Origin: Thermodesulfobacteriota bacterium
GTDB lineage: Bacteria; Desulfobacterota; Desulfobacteria; Desulfobacterales; SURF-7
DNA length: 64,000 nucleotides
Direction of reading: 5' to 3'
Assembly: GCA_049320885.1 (NCBI GenBank)
Contig: JBMORA010000009.1
Span: 288,001-352,000, forward strand
Below the pieces are notes generated by a model. The model was not told where the DNA came from, searched no databases, and saw nothing but the letters and a program-made list of their open reading frames with translations. The translations under genes were made by a program, and so were the position numbers. This document shows positions 22,105 through 31,889 of the stretch, piece after piece (positions within the stretch are counted from its first letter, which is position 1; each line of letters opens with the position of its first letter).

Positions 22105-22378
22105 GGCGATATCACACCGGTATTCGCTATCGGGGATGAAAACAAACGATCCGGGCTGACGGCGCAACCGCCTGAAAAAATATATTGAAATAAAAAGAAA
22201 TTTAGATGAATCGGTCGGGGCGGTCGTGGCTGCGCAAACGCGTGTGGTGCCTGCCGAATGGATTCATCATACTATTTTTCGGCGAGGATGGCAATCCCAG
22301 AAAGCCGCCCGCGTTCCCCTGTAAGGAAATGTCGGTGAAACGCGGGCGAAGGCAATTTCAGTAGGACGGGGTGCGGGT

Positions 22379-23446
22379 TCAAACCGGCACTTTTTCGATC
22401 CAGCCGTCGGGAGCCGCGGCTTTGCCATACTGGATGTCGGTAATGGCGCTGAAAAATTTTTCCGCCACCGGGCCGACGTTTCCATGACCGATTTCAATCC
22501 GTTTTTCGCCGAATTGGATCAGCCCCACCGGCGAAATGACCGCCGCCGTGCCGGAACCGAACACTTCCTGCAATTTCCCGTTGCGGTGGGCTTCGAATAC
22601 TTCATCGATGGCGATGCGTCTCTCCGAGGCCTTCAGGCCCCATTTTTTGGCCAGCTGCAAGACGGAATCCCGGGTGATGCCGGCCAGGATACTGCCGTTC
22701 AGCATGGGGGTTACCAGTTCGTCGCCGATCACGAAGAAAATGTTCATGGAACCGACTTCCTCCACGTATTTCAGTTCCACGCCGTCCAGCCAGAGAACCT
22801 GGGTGAATCCGTTACGGTGGGCCTCCTCGCCGGCGTACAGACTGGCGGCGTAATTGCCGGCGGTTTTGACATGTCCGACGCCGCCGCGGACCGCGCGCAC
22901 ATGCTCCCGGGTGACCCAGATTTTCACCGGATTGAAGCCTTCCTTGTAATAGGCCCCCACTGGCGACAGGATGATAAAAAACCGATAGGTATGGGAAGCC
23001 CGGACCCCGAGAAACGGGTCCATGGCGATGATGGTGGGGCGGATGTACAGGGAGGTTCCGACGGTCTTCGGGACCCAGTCTTTTTCCAGGCTGACCAATT
23101 GTTTCAAGGCCTCAAGGGCCAGGGATTCGTCGAATTCGGGGATGCATAGCGCCTTGGCCGAGCGGTTGAACCGGCTGAAATTGTCCCGGGGCCGAAACAG
23201 GTTGATATCGCCGTCGACCGCGTGGAAGGCCTTCAGACCCTCGAAGATGGCCTGGCCGTAATGAAACACCATGGTGGACGGATCAGCCTGAATGGGTGCG
23301 TACGGCTCGATGCGCGGGTTATGCCACCCGTTTTTCAAATCATAGTCCATATTGAACATATGGTCGGTGAAGACGGTGCCGAAGGTCAGCTGGGAATCCT
23401 CCGGATGTGGGTTGAGCTGTCTGCTTTTGGTGAGACGGATTTGCAC
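22379..23446 (-). CDS. ilvE: Branched-chain amino acid aminotransferase
   Basis: FHYGQAIFEGLKA, SLYIRP, KTAGNYA, EEVGSMN, ILAGITRDS, FGSGTAAVISP; GTG start with GGAGG. Confidence 0.95.
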   Translation of the reverse strand: MQIRLTKSRQLNPHPEDSQLTFGTVFTDHMFNMDYDLKNGWHNPRIEPYAPIQADPSTMVFHYGQAIFEGLKAFHAVDGDINLFRPRDNFSRFNRSAKALCIPEFDESLALEALKQLVSLEKDWVPKTVGTSLYIRPTIIAMDPFLGVRASHTYRFFIILSPVGAYYKEGFNPVKIWVTREHVRAVRGGVGHVKTAGNYAASLYAGEEAHRNGFTQVLWLDGVELKYVEEVGSMNIFFVIGDELVTPMLNGSILAGITRDSVLQLAKKWGLKASERRIAIDEVFEAHRNGKLQEVFGSGTAAVISPVGLIQFGEKRIEIGHGNVGPVAEKFFSAITDIQYGKAAAPDGWIEKVPV

Positions 23447-23566
23447 GGAAACCTCCAGACTGTTTCGTTATTAGGTTAGATCCGGTATATCGGTTCCAAA
23501 CCTATCGACACCGGAAGCGGAAATCAAGGAATATATTTCGAAGCGCGGGCGGGCGTGATCAAGAGA

Positions 23567-23600
23567 ACGTGCCCGTGGACGCGTCCGTCCACGGGCACGT
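23567..23600 (-). terminator. Perfect 15-bp hairpin, probable intrinsic terminator
   Basis: ACGTGCCCGTGGACG-cgtc-CGTCCACGGGCACGT, 60 bp past the stop of the 23661-24872 gene; the U-tract is weak. Confidence 0.6.
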
Positions 23601-23660
23601 GAAAAAACAACGGGTGGTGGATGGCAACCGGAGATCCGGACCGTTGTTACCGGCGGGATG

Positions 23661-24872
23661 CTAGTAGCGATAGATCGTTCCGATGGTGATCCCGGTTGCT
23701 TCGATTTCATCAAGCTCGAAGGTTTTATTGATGCCCAGGTTGAATTCAAAGGCTTCCGACGGGAAATAGGACGCGGAAAGGCCAGTGTAGGTCTGGGCGC
23801 TCCGGTCGCTGTCGATATCGTCGCTGATGAAATTGGAACGGATCACTTCCATGTTCACGGAAAAGGAATCACCGATGGGAAGGCCGAAATTGAACCCGTA
23901 GGACAAGGTCTGCACCGGATCCAGGTCGTTCAGCCAGTCGATGGCCTCTTCCACGAATTCATTGTCTGTATCCAGCATTCCCGAATCCAGGCTCGCCTTG
24001 GTGATTTTATAATCCAGCCCCAGATTCAGACAGCCCCCGAATCCGAACAACATTTCCACGGAGGTGAAGACGCCGCCGCCGTATTTGTAATTGCCGGATT
24101 GGTCGATCATATCGGATTGCAGATTATAAACATCGCCCATGATATCGGCGCCTATGTTCCAAGTGACCGTCCGGCCCTTGATCACCGGATATTTGGTATA
24201 TAAATCCAGGCCGAGAAAATGGGAGGACGAGTCGATTTCATCATCGACGGACATATATCGGTAGGGCAGCAGAAAGCCGAATTCCAGATCGCTTTCCGCT
24301 GTATGGGTATAGCCCAACATGAGGGAACCGGCCTGGCCGTCGTTGCTGTTGACCTCGAGGACATGGTATTCGAGGGCGCCTTTGAAATCATTGTTCAGTT
24401 TTTCGATCTGGTCCCTTTTGGAGGCAGGAACCGCGGTTTTCAGTATTCGTCCCGAGAACATCCCCTGGGACATGATGGCGTCGTCGGATATGCCCATGGC
24501 CGTAGCTATGCCGCCGGGGAAAATGACATTCAGGATGGCGTCGGCGTTATCCTCGGCCCAGGTTTCCAACTGCGCCCGGGAGGTAACACCCGGAGGGGTT
24601 TGCAGCGCCAGGTTGCCCTTGCGGTCGTAAATCTGGAGAGGCCCCCGCATGAACTCGGTATCATCCCATTTGCCGTCCAGATTCGTGTCATTCCAGCCAG
24701 CGGAGAGCTTGGCGCTGTAAATTGTCGGTGAGACGGATTTTTCTACGCCCGTACCCGACACATTGTAATCGATCAGGTCGAAAAAATCCTCGGCCCCGGC
24801 CGGACCGGCCCAGACGCCCATGAAAACCACTGCCGCAAACAGAATACCCCGCTTTACCAGATTGTTTCTCAT
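23661..24872 (-). CDS. Exported protein with probable C-terminal outer-membrane beta-barrel, function unknown
   Basis: Signal peptide (AGA-E), acidic, alternating strands in the C-terminal half, ends GTIYRY. Confidence 0.6.
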   Translation of the reverse strand: MRNNLVKRGILFAAVVFMGVWAGPAGAEDFFDLIDYNVSGTGVEKSVSPTIYSAKLSAGWNDTNLDGKWDDTEFMRGPLQIYDRKGNLALQTPPGVTSRAQLETWAEDNADAILNVIFPGGIATAMGISDDAIMSQGMFSGRILKTAVPASKRDQIEKLNNDFKGALEYHVLEVNSNDGQAGSLMLGYTHTAESDLEFGFLLPYRYMSVDDEIDSSSHFLGLDLYTKYPVIKGRTVTWNIGADIMGDVYNLQSDMIDQSGNYKYGGGVFTSVEMLFGFGGCLNLGLDYKITKASLDSGMLDTDNEFVEEAIDWLNDLDPVQTLSYGFNFGLPIGDSFSVNMEVIRSNFISDDIDSDRSAQTYTGLSASYFPSEAFEFNLGINKTFELDEIEATGITIGTIYRY

Positions 24873-24981
24873 CGCCCCTCCTAATACTGTTGTCATGGTT
24901 GGTTTTGTTATGATATGGATAACAATCGAAAAATATTATTTACCACGGTTATAATCGGTTGGTACGAATTAAGGATGACAA

Positions 24982-25658
24982 TGATGAACTATAGCATTCG
25001 GCAACTTGCTTTTCAAGAAGAACCTCCCCTGCGCCAACAGACTCTCCTGATGATGTTTTTTTCGGTTTGTTTGCTGGTGTCATGCGCCACGACCACACCC
25101 GAAGTCGCGGAAAACGATCTGGCGAACCCGGCGGGTCAACCCGTTGTCTTTCCCGCCTACACGGGGCCCAAAACCCCCCTGGCTGTTCTGCCCATGGGAC
25201 TGTCGGAAGCAGCGGCCAAGCGGTATCCCCATCTGCTGGAGAAATCAGTGGGGCTCGGCATCCACAACGTGCTGTCGGATACTTTGTATCAGAGCGGCCG
25301 CTTCCGTTTTGTGGAGGACAAGGAATCGGTGATCAAGGACATGCTCGAACGCCAGAAACTGAGCATGACGGGCCTGGTGGACAAGGAATACGCCATCAAT
25401 ATCGGCAAAATGCTGGGCGCCAAGAAGGTGGTGTACGGCGAAGTGTTCGATTATTCGGAAGGTAAGGAAGAAAGCATCTCCGGCTTCAGCAAATCAACGA
25501 CGCCGCGGGTGCGCGTGGGCGTCCAGATCCGGATGGTCGATCTGGAAACCCTGGAATATATCCCGGCTTCGGCCATCAAATACGGAATGGACTGGGGGGA
25601 TGCCAGCCGGGCCGCCATCGAATCCGCCGTCCTAACCATGGTTCAACGGTTGGAATAG
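24982..25658 (+). CDS. CsgG/HfaB-family lipoprotein
   Basis: Lipobox LVSC, YTGPKTPLAV, SGRFRFVE, IGKMLGA, GEVFDY, VQIRMVDLET; start uncertain. Confidence 0.75.
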
Positions 25659-25665
25659 CCGGATT

Positions 25666-26316
25666 CTACCACAGTTGTTCCACCGCGGCGTCAATGGCTT
25701 TCTGGGTGGCGCGCCCCAGAGAGGTCTGGTCGAAATAGATTTTATTGTCCCGGATGTCATAAAACAGCGCCGAGGAGTCGGTGGCCGCCTCTCCTTCTCC
25801 CCGGGCGGTCTTGATCTCCGCGTTCTTTTCCTGCAGATAGATCTCGATCTCAATTCTCACCATGGTGCGCGCCTTGGAAAAAATTCCTATCATCCCTTTG
25901 GAGCGGCTGATGCCGCAATGAATGATTTTGGCGTAGGCCACGGCATCGGAATGCAGTTCCTCCGAGATCCGCGCCGCGTCGGCCGGTGTATGGAACTGAT
26001 CCTTACCCGCCCACTGGCGCTGGATCATGCCATTGATCGCTGCGATGATTTCCGGATTGTTCTCGATGGGAACATATCCGCCCGTGTCGAACAGTTTCTG
26101 CAGCAGCAAGGAGGAGATCCCGTGGCCGATGAGCTGGTTTTCCAATTCCGGCCGGTCGACTTCGTTTTTCACGCCGATAACCACCAGTGATTTCGCTGGT
26201 GATTTCGTTTCCGCGGAAGACAGGGGGGCCGGCGGAAGCAGCAACAGGCTGACAAGGAGTACCGGGAGGAAACCCCGGAAGTGAATGGTCGAAAAGGCGG
26301 CGGAACGGTTCTTCAT
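25666..26316 (-). CDS. Exported protein, CsgG/TolB-N-like fold (putative)
   Basis: Signal peptide; LFDTGGYVPIE, ARGEGEA, SLGRATQKAIDAAVEQL resemble the CsgG-family pattern. Confidence 0.55.
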   Translation of the reverse strand: MKNRSAAFSTIHFRGFLPVLLVSLLLLPPAPLSSAETKSPAKSLVVIGVKNEVDRPELENQLIGHGISSLLLQKLFDTGGYVPIENNPEIIAAINGMIQRQWAGKDQFHTPADAARISEELHSDAVAYAKIIHCGISRSKGMIGIFSKARTMVRIEIEIYLQEKNAEIKTARGEGEAATDSSALFYDIRDNKIYFDQTSLGRATQKAIDAAVEQLW

Positions 26317-26387
26317 GATGGATTCCCTCACGGCATGCTGAAATGATATTCATCGTTGACCACGGGACAAAGCATATGCCGGGACTG

Positions 26388-27284
26388 TCACCGTGTCAAG
26401 CGTCCGTCCGGTTCCAGGAAGGCGGCGATGGCGTCATCACGGACCCGGTTCGGCCGGAACAGAATGGAATAATGATCGGCGTCCTGGATATCGACGCAGG
26501 CGGACCGGGGCATGGCCCGGACCATGGCCCGGGCGGTTTCCTCCGGCAGGAGAATGTCGTCTTCCGTAAGCAGGCCTTTGAGGGCCCTCAGGATCAGAAC
26601 CGGGCAGGTGATCCGGGGGTAAAGCTCCGCCGGATCCGTGGTTTTCATATTCTCGATTTCCTCCAGAATATGGGCGGCATGGATGTTGGAACGCACGCCT
26701 TCCGCCGAGGTCTCGATTTCATAGCGGAAATAGGTCTCGAGCCGGGGCGACCAGGGGTGAAAGAAAGGCGCGGTTTTCAGGCTTGCCAGATAACGCTCAA
26801 CCGATGGAAACAGCTTCCCCAGCCGATCCAGGGACGGTTTGATGCCGGCCAGGACTTTTTCGCGGTGTTCCTCCGGCAGGACTCCGCCGCCGTCCAAAAG
26901 GACGAGTCGGTCCACGCGCCGGGGATGCCGGGCGGCAAACGCCAGCGCGATGAGGGCTCCCAGGGAATGTCCCATGAGTACAGGCCGCGCGAGTTTCCGG
27001 CTTTCCATCAGGGCAAGAAGGTCCCGGCAGTGATGCGCAACGGAATATCCAGCCGGGGGTTTGTCCGAATTCCCCCGGCCCCTCAGATCCGGGGCGATGA
27101 TCCGATGGGGCGGGGCCATGGCCTCGGCCAGGAGATCCCAGCAGCGGCAATTGGCCGTCAAGCCGTGGATGCAGAGGACATCCCTGCCGTCCGCCCCCTG
27201 CCAGACGGCAATCCGCATGTCGATTCCGTCGCCTTTTTCGGTTGTCATTACAGGTTCGGGCATGATCACCTCGAATGCGGGCAT
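26388..27284 (-). CDS. Alpha/beta hydrolase
   Basis: IHGLT, DLRGRGNS, GHSLGA nucleophile elbow, ADHYS; start 27284 or 27263. Confidence 0.88.
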   Translation of the reverse strand: MPAFEVIMPEPVMTTEKGDGIDMRIAVWQGADGRDVLCIHGLTANCRCWDLLAEAMAPPHRIIAPDLRGRGNSDKPPAGYSVAHHCRDLLALMESRKLARPVLMGHSLGALIALAFAARHPRRVDRLVLLDGGGVLPEEHREKVLAGIKPSLDRLGKLFPSVERYLASLKTAPFFHPWSPRLETYFRYEIETSAEGVRSNIHAAHILEEIENMKTTDPAELYPRITCPVLILRALKGLLTEDDILLPEETARAMVRAMPRSACVDIQDADHYSILFRPNRVRDDAIAAFLEPDGRLTR

Positions 27285-27313
27285 GGTGATTCGTGGTTGC
27301 AACACCCGCCGGC

Positions 27314-28780
27314 TCAGAAACCGGGCGGCGGCCGGAAGCCTCCCATGACCTCGGATATCAGTCCGGCGACGTGAATCGTCGTACGGTCCTCCAGATAGGG
27401 GCCGATGATCTGGATACCGACGGGCAGGCCTTCCGGGTTCATGCCCACCGGAGCCACGGTGGCCGGCAGGTACGACACGCCCGCCAGTCCGGCCCAGGCC
27501 ATCAGATCCAGGTAAGGGCGAAGCGAGCCGTTGACCTTCACGGTTCTCTCGTACAGGTATTGGTGGTCGTGGGGAAAGGCGGCCACCGGCGCGGGCGGGC
27601 AAAGCAGCACATCGCAGATTTCAAAAAAATCGGCCCATTTCTGGCGCAGAATCTGACGGATCACGTCATTGCGGATCCAGCTGAGGTGCAACTGGGTGGC
27701 GCCGCGGATGTGACTGGCCAGATAACTCCGGTCGTCCGCATCCAGTTTTTCCGAGGTTTCCAGCCATTTGTTGAACATGGCCTGGGGCACGCCGGAGCCC
27801 ATGACGGCAGCCAGCAGGGACAGAAAAATCTGATGGCTGGTGTGGAAGTCCACCTGGGGCTTTATGTCGCGGATTTGGGCCCCGGTTTTGGAAAGAGCGT
27901 CCACGGCATTCTGGATCACATCGCCGACGCCGGCATCCACCGGACAGACCGGATCATCCAGCCACAATCCGATGCGGTATTTTTTCAGGTTTTTTTTGCG
28001 CGGCGCGGGCAGCCGGATGCGCCAGGCCTTGCGCTCAGCCCTTTCCGGCCCGGCAAGGATGTCCATGGCCACGGCCAGATCCTCGGCGCTGCGGGCCAGG
28101 GGCCCGCTGGCGAGGATGTCCACCGACAGGCTGTGTTTGCCGGTGAAGATGCCGGGGGGCGGCGGGATATGACCGCGGTCCGGTACGATTCCATAGCTGG
28201 GTTTATGGCCGAAGATGCCGCAAAAATGAGCCGGAGTGCGGATCGATCCGCCGATATCGCTGCCGATTTCCAGACCGCAAAGACCGGCGGCCAGGGCCGC
28301 TGCGGCGCCGCCGGAGGACCCGCCCGGCGTGCGGTCCGTTCGCCAGGGGTTGTTGGTCCGGCCGTACACGCTGTTATAGGTCTGAATATCGGCCCCGTAG
28401 AGGGGCATATTGGTTTTACCGAACACGACGGCGCCGGCGTCGATGAGGGACTGGACCGCATCGGCGTTTTCAGCCGGCTGGTGGTGCCGGAGTTCGGGGG
28501 CCCCGGAGGTGCAGGGCATGCCGACGACCTCAAAGGAATCCTTGACCGTCATGGGCAGTCCGTGCAAGGGGCCCCGGATTTGTCCTTTGGAAAGGGCCGC
28601 GTCCGCTTCATCGGCCTGTCTCCTTGCGCCGTCGGCATCCATGGCCACGACGGCATTGATTCCCGGATTCAATCGTGTCACCCGTTCCAGATAGAGGTCG
28701 AGCAGTTCCCGCGAGGTAATGGCGCGGTTTCGGATGGCCCGGATTTGCGTAAGGGCCGGTTGAAATACCAGATCATCCAT
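27314..28780 (-). CDS. Amidase-signature family enzyme
   Basis: GPLHGLPMTVKD, GKTN, PGGSSGG, GSDIGGSIRTPA. Confidence 0.92.
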   Translation of the reverse strand: MDDLVFQPALTQIRAIRNRAITSRELLDLYLERVTRLNPGINAVVAMDADGARRQADEADAALSKGQIRGPLHGLPMTVKDSFEVVGMPCTSGAPELRHHQPAENADAVQSLIDAGAVVFGKTNMPLYGADIQTYNSVYGRTNNPWRTDRTPGGSSGGAAAALAAGLCGLEIGSDIGGSIRTPAHFCGIFGHKPSYGIVPDRGHIPPPPGIFTGKHSLSVDILASGPLARSAEDLAVAMDILAGPERAERKAWRIRLPAPRKKNLKKYRIGLWLDDPVCPVDAGVGDVIQNAVDALSKTGAQIRDIKPQVDFHTSHQIFLSLLAAVMGSGVPQAMFNKWLETSEKLDADDRSYLASHIRGATQLHLSWIRNDVIRQILRQKWADFFEICDVLLCPPAPVAAFPHDHQYLYERTVKVNGSLRPYLDLMAWAGLAGVSYLPATVAPVGMNPEGLPVGIQIIGPYLEDRTTIHVAGLISEVMGGFRPPPGF

Positions 28781-28829
28781 GGGGTCTGTCCTTCCTGGGG
28801 ATGTTGTTGCGGTAAAACCGGTTGCGCGT

Positions 28830-29333
28830 TTATTCGCCCATATGTCTGACCAGATGGGCCAGTTCGGGAAAAATAAGGGCTTTGCATGCCAGCTTGCAGG
28901 CGCCCAGACTGCCCGGGATGCAAAAAACCACCGTGTGTCCGATGATGCCGGCGGTGGCCCGGGAAAGCAGTGCCGCTGAATCGATTTCTTCATAGCTGAG
29001 CTGGGCGAAAATCGGGCCGAAGGCAGTCAATTCCTTTTGGAAACAGGGGCGTACGGCCTCGATGGTCAGATCCTTGGGGCTGATCCCGGTGCCGCCGGTG
29101 AGGATCAGCACCTGGGGGGACAGGACCGCGGTAATATCCTGAACCGTGGCGGCGATGACGCCGCTGTCATCCGGTATGACCCGGTGGACGGCGATGACAT
29201 GGCCTTCCTTTTTGGCGAACTGCTTGATCCATTGGCCGCTGGCGTCGGTTTCAAGCGTTCGGGTGGTGGAAACGGTTAAAATGCCGATGGATAATGCCGC
29301 CGGCGGATTTTGTTTGTGTTCGGCTGTGCCCAT
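28830..29333 (-). CDS. moaB: Molybdopterin adenylyltransferase MoaB/MogA family
   Basis: ILTVS, DASG, TGGTGISPKDLT, ALLSRATAG, PGS. Confidence 0.9.
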   Translation of the reverse strand: MGTAEHKQNPPAALSIGILTVSTTRTLETDASGQWIKQFAKKEGHVIAVHRVIPDDSGVIAATVQDITAVLSPQVLILTGGTGISPKDLTIEAVRPCFQKELTAFGPIFAQLSYEEIDSAALLSRATAGIIGHTVVFCIPGSLGACKLACKALIFPELAHLVRHMGE

Positions 29334-29337
29334 CCCG

Positions 29338-29877
29338 CTATTCTCCCTGGTCGATGACGACCCTGTCTTCCCCGTCGTGCTCGCTGAGCAGTACGTTTAC
29401 GGTTTCGGATCGTTGGGTTTTGACGTATTTACCGATATAATCCGCCTGGATGGGAAGCTCCCGGAAGCCACGATCCACCAGGACCGCCAGTTCGATCCGG
29501 TCCGGTCGGCCGAAATCGATGACCGCATCCATGGCGGCCCGGATGGTGCGTCCGGTAAACAACACGTCATCGATGAGCACGACCTGTTTTCCGTTCACGC
29601 TGAAGGGGATTTCCGTTTTCCGCACCACCGGGTTTATATCGATGCGGGTCCAGTCGTCCCGATACAGGGTGATGTCCATTTCACCGGTGGGAATTTCCGT
29701 TCCTTCGGCCTTCCGGATGCTTTCCTGTATCCTTCTGGCCAGGTATACGCCGCGGGTCTGAATGCCGATGAGCGACAGATTGCTCGTCCCCTTGTGGGTT
29801 TCCAGAATCTCATACGCCATGCGGGTGATGATCCGGCCGATATCCGCGGGTTCCAATATGGTGATGCTGCTTGCCAT
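29338..29877 (-). CDS. pyrR: Bifunctional pyr regulator / uracil phosphoribosyltransferase
   Basis: RMAYEILE, GIQTRG, DITLYRDD, IDDVLFTGRTIRAA, VDRGFRELPI. Confidence 0.93.
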   Translation of the reverse strand: MASSITILEPADIGRIITRMAYEILETHKGTSNLSLIGIQTRGVYLARRIQESIRKAEGTEIPTGEMDITLYRDDWTRIDINPVVRKTEIPFSVNGKQVVLIDDVLFTGRTIRAAMDAVIDFGRPDRIELAVLVDRGFRELPIQADYIGKYVKTQRSETVNVLLSEHDGEDRVVIDQGE

Positions 29878-30126
29878 GATCTGCGCTCCGGTTGGGATGA
29901 TAGGGCTTTCATGCGACGAAGGACCGCCGCGGATGGTTGTTTCCCGCCGCAACGGCAGCTCTCACGGATCGATATATCATGCCCCGGTCTGAGATCAAGC
30001 AGAATATCACAGGGGGATTCCCTTCCCGTAACCAGAATCCCCTTGCTTTCGATTTCTGTTTTTGCCTATATCCCGGCAACGGGGAATTCCGTTTTCCATT
30101 TTAAGGAGGGTACAGGAACGATTCCG

Positions 30127-30750
30127 ATGAAACCATCCTGCAGCGGCATCATTCTCGCCGGCGGCCTCAATTCCCGGTTTTCGGGCCGCAACAAGGCTTT
30201 GATGGCGATCGGCGCCAGGCAGATACTGAGCCGGATTTGCGAGGTTTTTTCCGACCTGTTCGAGGAGGTGATCCTGGTGACCAACGATCCCTTGGCGTAT
30301 GCGGACCGGGATATCCAGGTGGTGACGGATCTGTATGATATCCGCAGCTCATTGACCGGCCTGCATGCCGGCCTCTTCTACGCCAACTGCCCGAACGCTT
30401 TCTTTACAGCCTGCGACACACCGTTTTTACAAAAGGATGTCATCCGGCTGGTTCTGGATCATATCGATTCCCAGAAGGATATCGTTGTCCCCCGGACCCG
30501 TGCCGGTTTTGAGCCGCTGTGCGCCGCCTATTCCACCAGATGCCTTCCGGCAGTGGCGTCCTGCCTGGAAAGCGGATTCTTCAAAATCATGGACCTGTTC
30601 GAAAAAGTGAGGGTCCGGACAGTTGACGAGGCGCTCCTGCGGGAAAAGGACCCGGAGTTGCTCTCGTTTTTCAACGTGAACACGCCCGACGATCGTGCCA
30701 GGGCGGAAGCCCTGTTGGCGGAAAAAGCGGTCCGGGGGCGCCTGCTTTAG
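30127..30750 (+). CDS. mobA: Molybdenum cofactor guanylyltransferase
   Basis: ILAGGLNSRFSGRNKA, ACDTPF, EPLCAAY, FFNVNTPDD. Confidence 0.92.
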   Translation: MKPSCSGIILAGGLNSRFSGRNKALMAIGARQILSRICEVFSDLFEEVILVTNDPLAYADRDIQVVTDLYDIRSSLTGLHAGLFYANCPNAFFTACDTPFLQKDVIRLVLDHIDSQKDIVVPRTRAGFEPLCAAYSTRCLPAVASCLESGFFKIMDLFEKVRVRTVDEALLREKDPELLSFFNVNTPDDRARAEALLAEKAVRGRLL

Positions 30751-31661
30751 TGACCGGTTTTGGCTTCCATGGCGGCCCGGATGTTCGGCAGTTGCTCCCG
30801 CGCGGCTTTTTCGCCGGCTTCCATCAGTCGTTTCTTTTGGGAAAAATCATTGTAGGCCACGTTGCCGATTTCCGGGCGGATCACCACATCGGCGTCTTTG
30901 ACCCCCAGTACCCCGATTTCCGAAGACATGATCGTCACCGCATGATAGGCGATTTCCAGGGGATTCTCGGGTGCCCGGGAGGGGATCGCCGGGTCGATGA
31001 CCACCGCGATCACCACCTCGGCGCCTTTCCGGCGTGCAAAATCCACGGGTATGGGATCGGTGACGCCGCCGTCGACGAAAACACGTCCGCCGATGGTAAC
31101 CGGCACAAAAACACCCGGAATGGCGCAGGAGGCATGGACCGCGCGGGCCACCGGTCCCCGCTCGAGAAGGACCGACTGCCCGGTGCGCAGGTCCACGGCC
31201 ACGGCGCCGTATGGAATTTTCATGTTTTCAATGCGTTTGCTGGAAAGATGGGTGTTCAGGAAGGCTTCCAGTTTCTCCCCCTTGACAAAACCACCTGAAA
31301 AAATGGAAAAAGCGCTGTAGTCGAAAATATCCTCCTCCCGGATGGCGATGGCGATGAACTCGGCGTCCAGGACCCGCCCCGTATCGGCATAGATGGCCCC
31401 GATCAAGCTGCCCACCGAAGTGCCGATCACCAGATCGATGGGGATTTTTTCCTGCTCCAGCACCCGGAGGACGCCGATTTCGGCAAAACCGCGCGCTCCG
31501 CCGCCGCCGAGGGCGATGCCCACCTTCGGCAACCGCTTCTGATCCGCCGCCGGCGGTTTGTCTTCCTGCCGGGTATCCTGGACCGGCCAACAGGCCGTGA
31601 GCGTCACAACAACCGTCAACACAGCCGCCTGGACGAATAAACGCCATTCCCGTGTTCCCAT
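30747..31661 (-). CDS. Patatin-like phospholipase, probable lipoprotein
   Basis: LTAC lipobox, GGGGARG, GTSVG, DGG. Confidence 0.88.
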   Translation of the reverse strand: MGTREWRLFVQAAVLTVVVTLTACWPVQDTRQEDKPPAADQKRLPKVGIALGGGGARGFAEIGVLRVLEQEKIPIDLVIGTSVGSLIGAIYADTGRVLDAEFIAIAIREEDIFDYSAFSIFSGGFVKGEKLEAFLNTHLSSKRIENMKIPYGAVAVDLRTGQSVLLERGPVARAVHASCAIPGVFVPVTIGGRVFVDGGVTDPIPVDFARRKGAEVVIAVVIDPAIPSRAPENPLEIAYHAVTIMSSEIGVLGVKDADVVIRPEIGNVAYNDFSQKKRLMEAGEKAAREQLPNIRAAMEAKTGH

Positions 31662-31889
31662 TGTCCACCCCATGTTAGCCAAATGGATTGTTTGTTCGCA
31701 CCCCGGCTTCTATTTACCGAATCCGGATTCGGTTTTGCAAGATCATAAATGTCCGGGATGGATACCCCCGTGATTCGTCCGGGATTCCAAGATGCTTGAC
31801 ACACCTGCGGGCCTCGGTTAGAGTTTCACCCTACCAATTCGATATAGACGGACTCACCGGTGTTCATCAGTTACTACAGGAGGGGTATC

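Noticed and set aside
29146..30126. Long N-terminal extension of mobA in the ORF track (similar extensions for amidase, hydrolase, phaC, phaR, rhlE)
   Set aside because: The extensions overlap other genes or promoters; family homology begins at downstream starts, several with an RBS
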